Below, piece by piece: positions 1 through 11,915 of a stretch of 64,000 bases of DNA; the first letter of the stretch is position 1, and every line of letters begins with the position of its first letter. The position numbers and the translations under genes are program-made. The stretch comes from Treponemataceae bacterium (GTDB lineage Bacteria; Spirochaetota; Spirochaetia; Treponematales; Rectinemataceae): positions 160,001 to 224,000 of the forward strand of contig CAXXHO010000005.1 of NCBI GenBank assembly GCA_963667725.2. Direction: 5' to 3'. The notes under the pieces were generated by a model. The model was not told the DNA's origin, made no database searches, and saw only the letters and a list, made by a program, of their open reading frames with translations.

Positions 1-203
1 TGAAGGCCCGCCATCAGCCGCGTGGGGACCGCCGGACGGCCGTTGTTGGAGCAATACATGGGCCGGAACGCGGCGGCAATGGCCTCCCGGTTAATCGTCT
101 GCGCCAGACGGACCAGTTCGTGGTCCATGTCCAACGCGAGATCGAGGCGCATGGTCCCGATCATCGCCTGCTGGTGGGTCTTCATCTTCGGTTTCGGCTT
201 CAT
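1..203 (-). mobile_element. IS5-family transposase, N-terminal part (truncated by the window edge)
   Basis: Not in the ORF track. Manual translation from ATG at 203 gives MKPKPKMKTHQQAMIGTMRLDLALDMDHELVRLAQTINREAIAAAFRPMYCSNNGRPAVPTRLMAGL, matching the IS5-type 'HELVRLA..I.W.......GRP..PTRLMAGL' N-terminal pattern. Confidence 0.85.
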
Positions 204-295
204 TCGTACACCAGATTCCGTGCGTTCATCCCCACCTTTCTGGTGTACGGCATACGTGAAAGGTTCCCGTAAATCCCCGTCAAATATGGATCTAT

Positions 296-322
296 GGGGT
301 TATGCAAAGTCGACTGCCCTAG
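296..322 (-). repeat. Candidate left terminal inverted repeat of the IS5 element (GGCAGTCGACTTTGCATAACCCC on the minus strand) next to a CTAG target
   Basis: About 95-115 bp upstream of the transposase start, begins with GG, abuts CTAG at 319-322; partner IR is outside the window. Confidence 0.5.
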
Positions 323-413
323 GGTGAACGCTTGTTTTTCGCGTGACTAAGGGAGTTGCCGAAAGGCGTTAGTTTACCTTTGTACCTTCCGGGGAGGTCG
401 TGCGCGCTATACA

Positions 414-1007
414 ATGAACCAAACCGTTCCTTTTTTTGGAGAACCTATGTGGTCCGTTCGGTCCTGCCAATTCCTAATCTGTGCATTCCTGATTCCAGGA
501 CAAATACTGATTCAAGGGCAGGACTCCAAAAAATCGGCCCTTCAGGTCACTCCAGTTGAAGACTCCGCAACAGTGATTACTTCTAAAGGACTGAAGTCCA
601 ACCCTGCAGTTGCTTCGGCTTCTTCTGGTTCCCAGATTATGGTGGCTCAGGGGTTTCCTGCGAATCCGGGGGGGCCTCTGGAAGGTGCTAGATATCAGGA
701 AAAAGTGGATAAGACTGAACAACCGAATGGGACTGAAGTTTACGGATTCCTGCTACAGCCAGGCGAGCGAATCATAATATCGAAATCCGGCGACAGTCCT
801 AGCAAGGTTGCAATGCGGATTTCTGAGCCACTCACAATGAATAAAATGACCCCACTTGTTCAACGTGCCAACAGAGCGGCTAGGCCGGTTCGCTGCAGAC
901 GCATGGACCTTCAGAATGTCCTAAGTGAGCCTTTCCATATGATTCTCCTGCTCTACGGAGAGGTTGGGTATGCATACGAATTAAAGATCGATAGAAGTCG
1001 GAAATAG
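414..1007 (+). CDS. Hypothetical exported protein
   Basis: 197-aa ORF with an N-terminal hydrophobic stretch; visibly lower GC than downstream genes; start uncertain. Confidence 0.55.
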   Translation: MNQTVPFFGEPMWSVRSCQFLICAFLIPGQILIQGQDSKKSALQVTPVEDSATVITSKGLKSNPAVASASSGSQIMVAQGFPANPGGPLEGARYQEKVDKTEQPNGTEVYGFLLQPGERIIISKSGDSPSKVAMRISEPLTMNKMTPLVQRANRAARPVRCRRMDLQNVLSEPFHMILLLYGEVGYAYELKIDRSRK

Positions 1008-1051
1008 TTTCTGCGAGCTTGGATTATTGGGTTCCTTGCTACTATTTGGTT

Positions 1052-2038
1052 ATGGCTATATCGGTAATCCTCATCCACACCGGCGGTACCCTCGGCATGG
1101 CCCCTTCGGGGGAGCCGACTTCGCTGGCGCCGGGGCCTTCGCTGGACCTGATTCTGGAGCAGGTGCCGGAGCTGCGGCAGTTGGCGGAGCTGAAGCTGGT
1201 GGTGGCGTTCAATCAGGACTCTTCCACCAACGAACCCGGAGACATCCTACGGCTGGCAGGGCTTATTCGTGCGGAGTCGGCGGACTGCCGGGGCGTGGTG
1301 TTGGTGCATGGCACGGACACCATGGCGTTTACCGCGTCGATGCTCGGCTTCCTGCTGGCGGATCTGGGCAAGCCGGTGGTGCTCACGGGGTCGCAGCGGC
1401 CCCTGGCCTATGTTCGCAGCGATGCTCGCAGCAACCTGGTGGACGCGGTGACGCTGGCCACCAAGGGCGTCGCCGAGGTGGGGATCTGTTTCGGGGATCA
1501 CTGGTATCGCGGGGTGGCCGCAGACAAGCTGAGCGTGCATCGCTACGAGGCCTTTGATACGCCCAACCTGCCGCCCCTGGCGGAGCTGGGGCTGCATGTG
1601 CAAGTTCATCCCCACGCGGGTTGCTTCGAGCGGCAGGTTCCAGAGAGCATCGGCGCGGCCTTCGAGACGCGCCTTGCGGTCTATTCACCCTTTCCGGGGA
1701 TGCCCTGGGCAATCCCTCCCGAGGGCACTCGGGGGGTGGTGGTGGAAGCGTACGGCGCCGGGAATCTGCCCATGGGGCAGCAGGATCTGCAGAACCTGTT
1801 TAACCATTGCCGAGAACGGCATATCCCCGTGGTGATCACCAGCCAGTGTCTGTGGGGTGGTGTGGATCTGGAAACCTACGAGCTCGGCGCCCTGGCGGCG
1901 GAAGCGGGGGCCATCGGCGGTGGCCTGCACACCCGGTGGGCGGCCCTGGCTAAGCTAGGTTTGACGCTTGGGGCTGGCGGCGGGATTCCAGAGGTGCGGC
2001 AGGCCTTCAGGTGTTCCTGGGCGGGTGAACCTGTTTAA
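1052..2038 (+). CDS. ansA: L-asparaginase (type I-like)
   Basis: HTGGTLGM and HGTDTM catalytic Thr motifs, KPVVLTGSQRP. Confidence 0.9.
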   Translation: MAISVILIHTGGTLGMAPSGEPTSLAPGPSLDLILEQVPELRQLAELKLVVAFNQDSSTNEPGDILRLAGLIRAESADCRGVVLVHGTDTMAFTASMLGFLLADLGKPVVLTGSQRPLAYVRSDARSNLVDAVTLATKGVAEVGICFGDHWYRGVAADKLSVHRYEAFDTPNLPPLAELGLHVQVHPHAGCFERQVPESIGAAFETRLAVYSPFPGMPWAIPPEGTRGVVVEAYGAGNLPMGQQDLQNLFNHCRERHIPVVITSQCLWGGVDLETYELGALAAEAGAIGGGLHTRWAALAKLGLTLGAGGGIPEVRQAFRCSWAGEPV

Positions 2039-3456
<1,418 letters not shown>

Positions 3457-3457
<1 letters not shown>

Positions 3458-4104
3458 TGCCCCTGCTGGAGGTGCAGGATCTGGGGGTTCGGCGGGGCGA
3501 CCGCTGGATCCTAAGGAACCTGTCCTTCGAGGTCCAGGAGGGCCAGGCCGCGGGGGTTGTGGGTCCGAGTGGCTCCGGGAAGACAACGCTGGCCTGGACT
3601 CTTCTGGGGCTCCTGGAGGCGGAGGAAGGCGAGGTACGCCTGGATGGCTTGCCGTGGTCGGCCCTGGTCGAAGGGGATCGCAGGCCTCGCCGGGCCGAAA
3701 TCCAGGCGGTCTTCCAGGAGCCCCTGGCCTCGCTGCCACCCCACCGGACAGGCTGGGAGATCCTGGAAGAGCCGCTGGTGATCCACGGGCGGGGATCTGC
3801 GCCGCAGCGCCGGGAGCAGGCTGCGGCCATGGCCGCGCGGGTGAAATTCCCGGAAGCCTGCCTGGATCAATGCCCCGGCCAATGGTCCGGTGGCTTGGCC
3901 CAGCGCCTCTCGGTGGCCCGGGCGCTCATGTCGAAGCCCAGGCTGCTGGTGCTCGATGAGCCCCTTTCGGCCCTGGATCCCACCTTGGCGGGCCATCTCC
4001 TTCAGCTTTTCCTGGAGCTGAAAGCCGAGGGCCTCGCGCTGATCTTCATCAGCCACGATCCGCATGCCGTGGCGAGGCTTTGCGATTGCACGCTGGATCT
4101 ATGA
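3457..4104 (+). CDS. ABC transporter ATP-binding protein (Dpp/Opp-like, orphan)
   Basis: TGATG overlap with serS; Walker A GPSGSGKT, VFQEP, signature WSGGLAQR, LLVLDEP, FISHD. Confidence 0.85.
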
Positions 4105-4117
4105 GTGCAGAGAAAAG

Positions 4118-4151
4118 AAACAAGGGCCGCCCTTCTGGACGGCCCTTGTTT
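4118..4151. terminator. Bidirectional intrinsic terminator
   Basis: AAACAAGGGCCG ... CGGCCCTTGTTT inverted repeat between convergent genes. Confidence 0.75.
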
Positions 4152-4165
4152 CAGGCTTCGGAACA

Positions 4166-6082
4166 TTAGAACTCGGCGGCTTCGCCCTTCGCCTTGGTTT
4201 CGGTGTTGATCCAGATGCCCCCGAAGCGGCCCCAGAGAGAACTGAAGCCTGGGCGCAGACGACCCTTGGCATCGAGATCCTGAAGCTCGGAGACGAGCAG
4301 CTTTTCGCTCGCTGCGCGCTGCAGTTCGCGCACCAAGGTCTGGCGCTTTTCAAAGGTGAGAGGGTCGGCGGCCACGCGACCCTTGATGCGAGCCACCCAG
4401 AGTTGGCCCTCGGGGTTCCAGAGGATGGGGGTGAGCTTGCCTTCGGGAGTATCGAGCAGCGCCTTGCGGATGCCCGGGTGCTGGCCCAGTTCTCCGAGAC
4501 TGGTGAGGGTGGTGTTCTCGTGGTTCTTGGGCTCACCCAACACCTTGAGATCGCCGGAGGAAAGAGCCGTCTTGGCCTTTTCCAGGGCCGCCTTGCGGGC
4601 CTCCTCCAGCTTCCAGGCGATCAACACGCGCTCACGGATCTCGGCCAGGGGGGGCACGGCAACGGGGCGCTCTTCCTGCACACGGAAGACAGTGAAGCTG
4701 GCGCCCGTCGGAAGGAGTTTGGAGACCTGGCCGACTTTCAGGGTGAAGGCCTCGTTCACAACGGGACCTGCATCCGGAAGGCCGGAAAGGGTGGCAGCGG
4801 GCTCGTTGAGGAAGGGCTGACTGGTCTGTACCTTGAGGCCGAGGTTGCGGGCCGCCGCGGCGAGATCACCCCGTTCTCCGGCGCGTTTGCGAAGCTGCTC
4901 CAGACGCTCCTTGGCCTTGTTCGCGTAGCGCTCGCGGGTGAGCTGGGCGCGCAGTTCCTCCCGGGCGTCCTCGAAGCTGCGGGTGCGCTTGCCTTCGAGC
5001 CGGAGGAGGTGGATGCCGTACTGGGTGCGGATGGGCTGACTGATCTCGCCGGGTTTGAGGGCCATTGCACCCTCTTCGAAGGGCTTGACCATGGTGCCGG
5101 ACTTGAACCAGTCGTACAGGCCCCGGTTGGCCTTGGCCGTGGGATCCTCGCTGCGTTCTTCCGCGATCTTGTTGAAGTCCTGACCGGCGAGCAACTGGGG
5201 ACGAAGTTCCTCGGCCTTCTTCAGGGCCTCGGCAAACTGGGCCTCGTTCTCGGCCTTGAAGAGGATGTGGCTGACCTTCAGCTCTGTATATTGGGCGAAC
5301 TTGGAGTCGTAGGCCGTCTTCAGCGTGGCATCGTCGACCTTGAGGGTGTCGCCGAAGAAGGCTTGATCCAGGGAGACGAACTGGATCACGCGGCGGGGGG
5401 GCACCTGGAAGCGGGCGCCGCCCTCCTTGAGGAAGGTGGCGAGCCTGGCATCGCCGGGATCCGGAACGGTCCCAGGGTCAGGGCTCACACTCACCGCCTC
5501 GAAGCTCAGCTTTTCGTTCTGAACCCGGTTTTCCAGGTTCAGCCAAGCCTCGTCCACGGGCACCTTGGCGGCTTCCTGGTCCAGGAGCTTGCGAATGGTG
5601 AGCTCGGCGCGGACTTCCTGCTCCCATTGCGCCAGGCTCTGTCCTGCCTGCTGGAGGATGGCACGAATCTCGGTCGTATTCTGCAGCTGCCCTTCGGGGG
5701 TCAGGAAGGCGGGGTATTTGCGAAGCCTTGCTTCCAGGGCCTGGCGCACTTCGGGGTCGGTGATGAGGATCCCGTGACGCTCCGCCAGCTCTTCGCGGAG
5801 CTTCTGCCCCACGAGCTCGCTGACGGCACGCTGCTGGATGAAGGGGAGCATCTGCTCCACGTTGGCCTGGCGTCCCATGCGGGTCACCATCTCGGAGATG
5901 AGCTGGTCCGCGTCACGCTTCAGCACATCCCGGCCGTACACCCGGGCCAGAACATTGTCCGGGGCTTCGGGGTTGCCGGAACTGGGGGCAAGGTAGGCGA
6001 CGAGCCCAACGAGCACCACCCCCATCACAACGGTCATGGGCATCTGGTTGCCCTTGAAGACTTGGCGGAAATTGCGAAGCAT
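4166..6082 (-). CDS. PpiD/SurA-type peptidyl-prolyl isomerase chaperone
   Basis: N-terminal TM anchor, SurA-N-like region, parvulin domain (SHILFK...FNKIAEERSEDP...MVKPFEE...PIRTQYGIHL); GGAG RBS before ATG at 6082. Confidence 0.85.
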   Translation of the reverse strand: MLRNFRQVFKGNQMPMTVVMGVVLVGLVAYLAPSSGNPEAPDNVLARVYGRDVLKRDADQLISEMVTRMGRQANVEQMLPFIQQRAVSELVGQKLREELAERHGILITDPEVRQALEARLRKYPAFLTPEGQLQNTTEIRAILQQAGQSLAQWEQEVRAELTIRKLLDQEAAKVPVDEAWLNLENRVQNEKLSFEAVSVSPDPGTVPDPGDARLATFLKEGGARFQVPPRRVIQFVSLDQAFFGDTLKVDDATLKTAYDSKFAQYTELKVSHILFKAENEAQFAEALKKAEELRPQLLAGQDFNKIAEERSEDPTAKANRGLYDWFKSGTMVKPFEEGAMALKPGEISQPIRTQYGIHLLRLEGKRTRSFEDAREELRAQLTRERYANKAKERLEQLRKRAGERGDLAAAARNLGLKVQTSQPFLNEPAATLSGLPDAGPVVNEAFTLKVGQVSKLLPTGASFTVFRVQEERPVAVPPLAEIRERVLIAWKLEEARKAALEKAKTALSSGDLKVLGEPKNHENTTLTSLGELGQHPGIRKALLDTPEGKLTPILWNPEGQLWVARIKGRVAADPLTFEKRQTLVRELQRAASEKLLVSELQDLDAKGRLRPGFSSLWGRFGGIWINTETKAKGEAAEF

Positions 6083-6197
6083 GAAGACTCCCGAATGCGA
6101 GGCCAACGTGATCCCTGGGCGGACGCCGACAGGGACCCGAACCTCCTAGCGTATCAAAGGAACGCCCTCTGGAATAAACTTGAAGCCAGGAGAACGC

Positions 6198-6704
6198 ATG
6201 GCCGTCCGACCCGTCATCACCTGGGGGGATCCCCGACTCAAGATCAACAGCGCCGATATTGGCGAATGGACCCCCGAGCTGGATGTCCTGGTCCAGGATC
6301 TGTTTGATAGCACCCTGGCCGAGGAAGGCCTGGGCATGGCCGCACCCCAGGTGGGCGTCAATCTCAATCTGGCGGTGATCGATGTCTCCTGCGGCCAGGA
6401 TCCGGCCCAAAAGCTGGTGCTCATCAACCCCGAGATCGTGCGGGCAGAGGGCTCCCAGATTGGCAGCGAAGGCTGTCTCTCCATCCCGGGCGTCCACGAG
6501 ATCCTGGAACGGCCGCAGCATGTGTGGGTGAAGACCCGTCGCCCCGATGGCACCTGGTACGAGATCGAGGGCGAGGATCTGCTGGCCCGGGCCTTCTGTC
6601 ACGAGATCGATCATCTGCGGGGGCGCCTCTTTGTGGAGTATTTCGGCCCGGTGAAGCGGCAGGTCATTCAGCGCAAGTACCAGAAGCTCCGTTCGGGGCG
6701 CTAG
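6198..6704 (+). CDS. def: Peptide deformylase
   Basis: GLGMAAPQVG, EGCLS and HEIDHL motifs. Confidence 0.97.
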   Translation: MAVRPVITWGDPRLKINSADIGEWTPELDVLVQDLFDSTLAEEGLGMAAPQVGVNLNLAVIDVSCGQDPAQKLVLINPEIVRAEGSQIGSEGCLSIPGVHEILERPQHVWVKTRRPDGTWYEIEGEDLLARAFCHEIDHLRGRLFVEYFGPVKRQVIQRKYQKLRSGR

Positions 6705-6705
6705 G

Positions 6706-7629
6706 GTGGTCCGCACCGCCTTTCTGGGCACACCCGCAGTGGCGGTTCCAACGCTCTCGGCACTGGCCGAGGCCCAACCTGTTCAGGCCGTGTTCTGCAA
6801 TCCGGATCGACCCCAGGGCCGAGGTCGTCACCTGGAGGCCCCACCGGTGAAGGCGGCAGCCCGGGCCCTGGGGCTTTCCGTCCATCAGCCCGAGAGCTGG
6901 AAGCTCCCGGAGACTCGGAGTATCTGGGAAGCAATGGAGATCGAGCTGGCCGTTGTGGTGGCCTATGGCCACATCCTGCCCCGGTGGATGCTGGATTCCT
7001 GCCCACTGGGGGTCTGGAACCTGCATTTCTCGCTGCTGCCGCGGTGGCGGGGCGCCTCGCCCGTCAATCACGCGATTCTCATGGGCGACCAGGAAACCGG
7101 CGTGAGCCTCATGCGCATCACCCCGGGTCTCGATGCGGGGCCGGTGTTGGCCGTGAGTCGGAGGCCCATCCTGCAGTCGGATACAGCGGAGGAGTTGTTG
7201 GCGCGGCTGGCTGAGGATGCGGCGAAGCTGCTGGCGAGTGAGCTGCCGGGCCTGCGGGCAGGGACGGTCATGCCCCACGCCCAGGACGATGACTTGGTCA
7301 CCCTGGCGCCCAAGCTCGGCCGAGAGATGGCGCGGCTGGATTTCACCCGGTCTGCTCTGGAACTCCACCGGCAGGTGCGAGCGCTTCAGCCCTGGCCAGG
7401 AGTGGAATTCTCCCTGGCGGATTCCGTGGTCAAGGTGAGCGCCGTGGGGGGCCTGCGCCCAGCTTCGGACCCGCCCGGTACCTTGCGCTGGGATCGCGAT
7501 GGAGCCTGGCTGGCCGCTGGGGATGGTCAGGCGATGGAGCTGACATACCTGCAGCGCCCGGGCAAACCCATTCAGCCTGCCCTTCAGGCCCTCCAGCCTT
7601 GGGGGCCTCAGGGCCGCTTTGTCGGGTAA
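6706..7629 (+). CDS. fmt: Methionyl-tRNA formyltransferase
   Basis: FLGTP, VVVAYGHIL, NLHFSLLPRWRGASP, LDAGP; follows def. Confidence 0.97.
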   Translation: MVRTAFLGTPAVAVPTLSALAEAQPVQAVFCNPDRPQGRGRHLEAPPVKAAARALGLSVHQPESWKLPETRSIWEAMEIELAVVVAYGHILPRWMLDSCPLGVWNLHFSLLPRWRGASPVNHAILMGDQETGVSLMRITPGLDAGPVLAVSRRPILQSDTAEELLARLAEDAAKLLASELPGLRAGTVMPHAQDDDLVTLAPKLGREMARLDFTRSALELHRQVRALQPWPGVEFSLADSVVKVSAVGGLRPASDPPGTLRWDRDGAWLAAGDGQAMELTYLQRPGKPIQPALQALQPWGPQGRFVG

Positions 7630-7703
7630 GCTGGCCTCATCCGATCCTCACCCTTGGTGTCGGGAAGGTTGTTTATGACTGTCGACTCGGCTCTGGTCCT
7701 TCC

Positions 7704-9158
7704 ATGACCGCGGCGCGCTGGATTACACGGCGGCCCCGTTGGCATGTCGCCGTCATCCCTGCGGTTCTGCTCCTGATGATCGGGCTCGGCCTCTGGCTGT
7801 TTTCGGGATCCCCCCGGATTCTTGGGCGCGGCAAGTGCGTGGTGGTGGTCTTGGACACCCGGAATGCCTTCGACGCGCGAACTGGGCAGGGGCTGCTGGG
7901 AGTTCTGGAAGAGGCGTTTGACTATGCCGGGAACACACCGCTGTTCCAGGCGCCCGTGGGATGGGCTTGGAAGCCAGAAGCCGGTCCATTCCTTGAAGTC
8001 GAACTGGGGCCCCGGAGGCAGGGCACCTCCCTCGCATTCACGGGGCGCTGGCGTCAGGTCCAGCAGGGCCACCCCTTCGATTGGAGGCCTATCGACATGG
8101 CTCTACGGCCACCGAGGGAGGCCATTCGGGAACTGGGGAAAATTCTTGATGTGCCCCTTTCGGACACCAGGCTGGATGCTGCGATTCCAGGTGAAGCCGC
8201 CCTCTTCTGGGATGGCGTTCGCATCGACCAGATGCCCGTCGAGGAGGCCCGGCGCCTCATCGGTTCCTGGGAGGGGAAGATGGAGCCGGGCTCCCTTCTC
8301 GAGGTTCGCCACGCTGCGGCCCTTCGGGGGGCGCTGTGGGATCTTCCCCTGGAGGGGCGACGCCTCTGGGGGGAGGCCAGGGCCTTGAGCGATCGTGGCC
8401 TGCAGCGCACCTCCGAGTCACCGGCTGCGATGAAGGAATGGGCTCACCATGCGGTCCACGCCGGTGAAGGGAGAAGCGCCCTGAATCGGTTGCTCAAAGC
8501 GCTCAAAGAGAATCCCCACTCGCCCACCCTGGCCTACATGACCTCTTACGCAGCGCGCTATGCCGGTCGCCTGGATATTGCCATCGCAGCTCTGGATCGC
8601 ATGGAAGCGCTGGACCCCAGGGGCCGCGCCCATAGGCCGAACCAGACCGCCCGTCTGTACTCCGGCGATCTGAAGGGATATGCAGAGAGCCTCGTGGCGA
8701 ACCCAGGGGCCTACTGGCAGGCCTATACCGAGGTCCAGAGGGGGCGCCTCGCCCTGATGAATGGAGATCGAGAGAAGGCCCAGGGGCATTTCCTGGGTGG
8801 GACATCGGCTCCTGGTTCGCATCAAGCCGGCCATCGGTTGGCAGAAGGTTTTCTGGCCGCGATGGAAGGGCGGAACGAAGAGGCGATCCGGGTGTTCCAG
8901 GAACTGGATCGACACCGGGGGGAGCGAGGCCTGTTCGATGGAGAGCTGGCCCTCTTTCTCGCCGAAGGAGCCGTGCTTGCCGGGGATCATCAGGCGGGGC
9001 AGGCATACCTCGAGCGGGCCTACACGGAGGGCTTCAGCTGCTCTGAATGGCTGCGGAGGGACCCTCTGCTCCTGCCCCTGCAAGGAACGCTCCGGTGGAA
9101 GGCGCTGATCTTCCGGGTCCAGGAGCGTGAAGGCCGCGTGCAAGGCCTTGCGCTCTGA
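7704..9158 (+). CDS. Membrane-anchored TPR-like helical repeat protein
   Basis: One N-terminal TM segment, Ala-rich helical repeats, C-terminal EGFSCSEWLRRDPLLLPL. Confidence 0.6.
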   Translation: MTAARWITRRPRWHVAVIPAVLLLMIGLGLWLFSGSPRILGRGKCVVVVLDTRNAFDARTGQGLLGVLEEAFDYAGNTPLFQAPVGWAWKPEAGPFLEVELGPRRQGTSLAFTGRWRQVQQGHPFDWRPIDMALRPPREAIRELGKILDVPLSDTRLDAAIPGEAALFWDGVRIDQMPVEEARRLIGSWEGKMEPGSLLEVRHAAALRGALWDLPLEGRRLWGEARALSDRGLQRTSESPAAMKEWAHHAVHAGEGRSALNRLLKALKENPHSPTLAYMTSYAARYAGRLDIAIAALDRMEALDPRGRAHRPNQTARLYSGDLKGYAESLVANPGAYWQAYTEVQRGRLALMNGDREKAQGHFLGGTSAPGSHQAGHRLAEGFLAAMEGRNEEAIRVFQELDRHRGERGLFDGELALFLAEGAVLAGDHQAGQAYLERAYTEGFSCSEWLRRDPLLLPLQGTLRWKALIFRVQEREGRVQGLAL

Positions 9159-9185
9159 TCGCGGGCTGGGTTTGGCGGGTGCTGC

Positions 9186-11879
9186 TCAGGCCAATTTCTG
9201 GGCCACTTCCCGGTACTCGGGGTCCATGTCGTAGACGGTCTGGAAGTTGCTCTGGGCCTCGTCCTGGCGACCGAGCTGCGTGAGCATTTCGCCCAGATCG
9301 TAGCGCAGGCCGATGGAGTCTTCGGGAGGGAAGCCGGGGGCGTCGATGCCCTGGTGGAGCCAATCCACGGCGGCTTCGAGATTGCCCTGAGCTTGCTCAC
9401 AGATGGCCAGCATCGAGCAGCATTCCAGGGTGCGCTCGGGATCACGCATGGCCTTCTTGAACTCCTCGATGGCGGGGTCGATGAGCATCATCTCCTTGTA
9501 GGCGATGCCCAGGTTGTAGTGGGTCTCGTAGTCGTCGACCTTCACCTGCTGTTCAACGCCTTCGCGGAAGGCATTGAACAGCTCGTCCACGCTGTGGATC
9601 TTCTCCACCACATTGGTGGCATCGTGCATTTCCTCACCTTCGCCGGGTTCCAGCAGCGAATCGCCGAGCACATCGGTGAGGTCGAAGAAGGAATGGGCGA
9701 AGTCGGCGTCATCATCCAGGCTGGCGGGGGCGGCTTCGTGGCCCAGGCGGTGCAGGGCCTCTTCGACCCGATCCATCCGGGACAGCAACTCGGGCTGGTT
9801 GGGCCAGTCCTTGAGGGCATTCTGGATCTCGATCTTGGCATCGTCCGGGCTGCCGTAGTCCAACTGGAAGTCGATATCCGAAAGGATGGAGACCAGGTCG
9901 TCGCTGATCTCCACAGGCCTGGCGGGTACCGGAGCAGGGCTTGGCTTGGGCATCGGCGACTGGGGCGGCGCCACGGGCACCTTGCCCTGGGCGAAGGGCA
10001 GGGGTTCCAGCTCCAGGGGCTCGATCTCCGGTGGAATTTCGGATTCGACGGGGAGGGTCTCCTCCTCTTCCGGCGGCATCCATTGCAGATCACTGGCATT
10101 GAGAATGTCTGGCTCGGGGGCCTGCCCGGGGGTGCCCAGGGCAATGAGGGGAATACTCGCCGGTGCCTCGGGGGCAGGGGCTGCGGGAGACGGATAGCCT
10201 TCGCGGGCATCGTCGAGGGCAATGAGCACATCCAGGTCATCCGCAGGAGGAGGTGGAGGCGCGGTGGGCACTGCGATGGGAACGGAAACCGGGGCGGCGG
10301 GCCTGGCCAGGGGCGGAGGAGGGGCCACCGGGTCGGTGAGGCCGAGCATGCGGCGGTGGAGACGGGTTGAGCCTGGGAAGAGTTCCTCGGCCTTGTCCAG
10401 CATCTCCAGGGCCAGGTGGCGCTGGCCTATGGGCGCCAGTTTCTCGGCCATCTTGACGTAGTGCTGTTGCACCTTGGTCATGACGCCCGAGGCCTTGTAG
10501 ATCTCGGCGATGCGGTTGATGGCGTCCAGATTGGCGGGGTCGAGCTCCAGGATCTTCTGGTAGGCGTCCTGGGCCCGATCGTTGAAACGGCTGCGGATGT
10601 AGCTCTCGGCTTCGCGCTGCAGCTGTTGGATCTGCATCCGCTTGATGGGGTCGACTTCCGTGGATTCGTAGGAGGGCAGACTCTGGCGAGGCGAACCCGG
10701 CATGTCCCGGAAGGGTTCGGGAATGGCTGGCAGCGGGGGGGCCTCGATCTCGCTGGCCTCTACTCCGAGGCCTCGGAGTTGCTCCTCCAGGTTGCGGACG
10801 AGGGCACCATCGTTGGAGGCCTTGGCAAGGGCATGGGCTTGGCTGAGGGCATCGATGCGCCCCTGGCGATCACCACTCTGGTGGGCCACATCCGCCAATT
10901 GCACCCAGGCTTCAAGGGGTACGGGTTGCCCCTGGAAGGCGCTGTGGATGGTGCGAGCAGCCTGCTCGCCCATGCCCCGCCGGGCAAACTCCAGGCCGAT
11001 GGGCTTGAAGAGGCGCAGTCCCTCGTCCACGGCGTTGGTGCGGATCATGTCGCGCAGGGCCCGCTCGCAGAGCACTGTGGCCTTTTCCGGCAACTGGGGG
11101 ATCTTGGCCAGCACCTCCAGGGCCCGCTCCGGCGCCTTGGCCTGCAGTTCGACCTCGGCGAGGGCCTCTAGGATTTCGGAGCTGCGGGGGTTGGCGGCCA
11201 GGCCTTCGCGCAGGTGCTCGGCGGCGCCGTTCAGGTCCTTCTGCACGATGCAGAGCCTGGACTGGGTCAGGAAGACCTTGGGCGAAGTGGTCATGGCTTT
11301 GGCCCGGTCCAGCACCTGAATGGCCTCGGCGGGCATTTGCTCGAAGGCCAGGGCCTCGGCCACATCCAGATAGATCTCGGCGGCGCGCTCCTTCATGCCC
11401 TCTTTGTTGTAGAGGTCGGCGAGCTTGACCTTGTTCTTCAGATTCTTGGGGTCGAGTTCGACGACCTTGGCGAACTCCTCAAGGGCGCGCTTGAGGAGGC
11501 CCTTCTTGGTGAAGTAGTCGGCCACCTCGATGTGAATCTGGATGGCTTCCTTGACCATGTTGGTGGCCCGGTAGGTCTCCGCCAGTCGCGCGGCCACATC
11601 CACATCCTCGGGAGCTGTGCGATGGGCCTTCTTGAAGACGGCGGCCGCCTTGTTGGTGAAGCCGCTGCGCTCGAAGCCCTGACCCGCCCGCTTGAACATG
11701 TCGAGGGCATCGGCCTGTCTGCCGATCTGCAGTGAGGCGTCCCCGATGCGGTTCATCAGGTTGAAGTCGTCGGGCTTGTCTTCCAGGAGCTTCCGGAGCT
11801 CGTCGATGGCCCGGTCAACCTTTCCGCTGGCCATGTAGGTTTCGGCCTGCTTCTGGACTTTTGCGCGGTCAATGGCCAT
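9186..11879 (-). CDS. Large TPR protein (SgmX-like architecture)
   Basis: Multiple N-terminal TPRs, Pro/Glu-rich linker, C-terminal ETHYNLGIAYKEM TPR block. Confidence 0.75.
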   Translation of the reverse strand: MAIDRAKVQKQAETYMASGKVDRAIDELRKLLEDKPDDFNLMNRIGDASLQIGRQADALDMFKRAGQGFERSGFTNKAAAVFKKAHRTAPEDVDVAARLAETYRATNMVKEAIQIHIEVADYFTKKGLLKRALEEFAKVVELDPKNLKNKVKLADLYNKEGMKERAAEIYLDVAEALAFEQMPAEAIQVLDRAKAMTTSPKVFLTQSRLCIVQKDLNGAAEHLREGLAANPRSSEILEALAEVELQAKAPERALEVLAKIPQLPEKATVLCERALRDMIRTNAVDEGLRLFKPIGLEFARRGMGEQAARTIHSAFQGQPVPLEAWVQLADVAHQSGDRQGRIDALSQAHALAKASNDGALVRNLEEQLRGLGVEASEIEAPPLPAIPEPFRDMPGSPRQSLPSYESTEVDPIKRMQIQQLQREAESYIRSRFNDRAQDAYQKILELDPANLDAINRIAEIYKASGVMTKVQQHYVKMAEKLAPIGQRHLALEMLDKAEELFPGSTRLHRRMLGLTDPVAPPPPLARPAAPVSVPIAVPTAPPPPPADDLDVLIALDDAREGYPSPAAPAPEAPASIPLIALGTPGQAPEPDILNASDLQWMPPEEEETLPVESEIPPEIEPLELEPLPFAQGKVPVAPPQSPMPKPSPAPVPARPVEISDDLVSILSDIDFQLDYGSPDDAKIEIQNALKDWPNQPELLSRMDRVEEALHRLGHEAAPASLDDDADFAHSFFDLTDVLGDSLLEPGEGEEMHDATNVVEKIHSVDELFNAFREGVEQQVKVDDYETHYNLGIAYKEMMLIDPAIEEFKKAMRDPERTLECCSMLAICEQAQGNLEAAVDWLHQGIDAPGFPPEDSIGLRYDLGEMLTQLGRQDEAQSNFQTVYDMDPEYREVAQKLA

Positions 11880-11915
11880 CGGAGCTCGTCTCGGAGAATC
11901 GGATCAGGGAATCAT

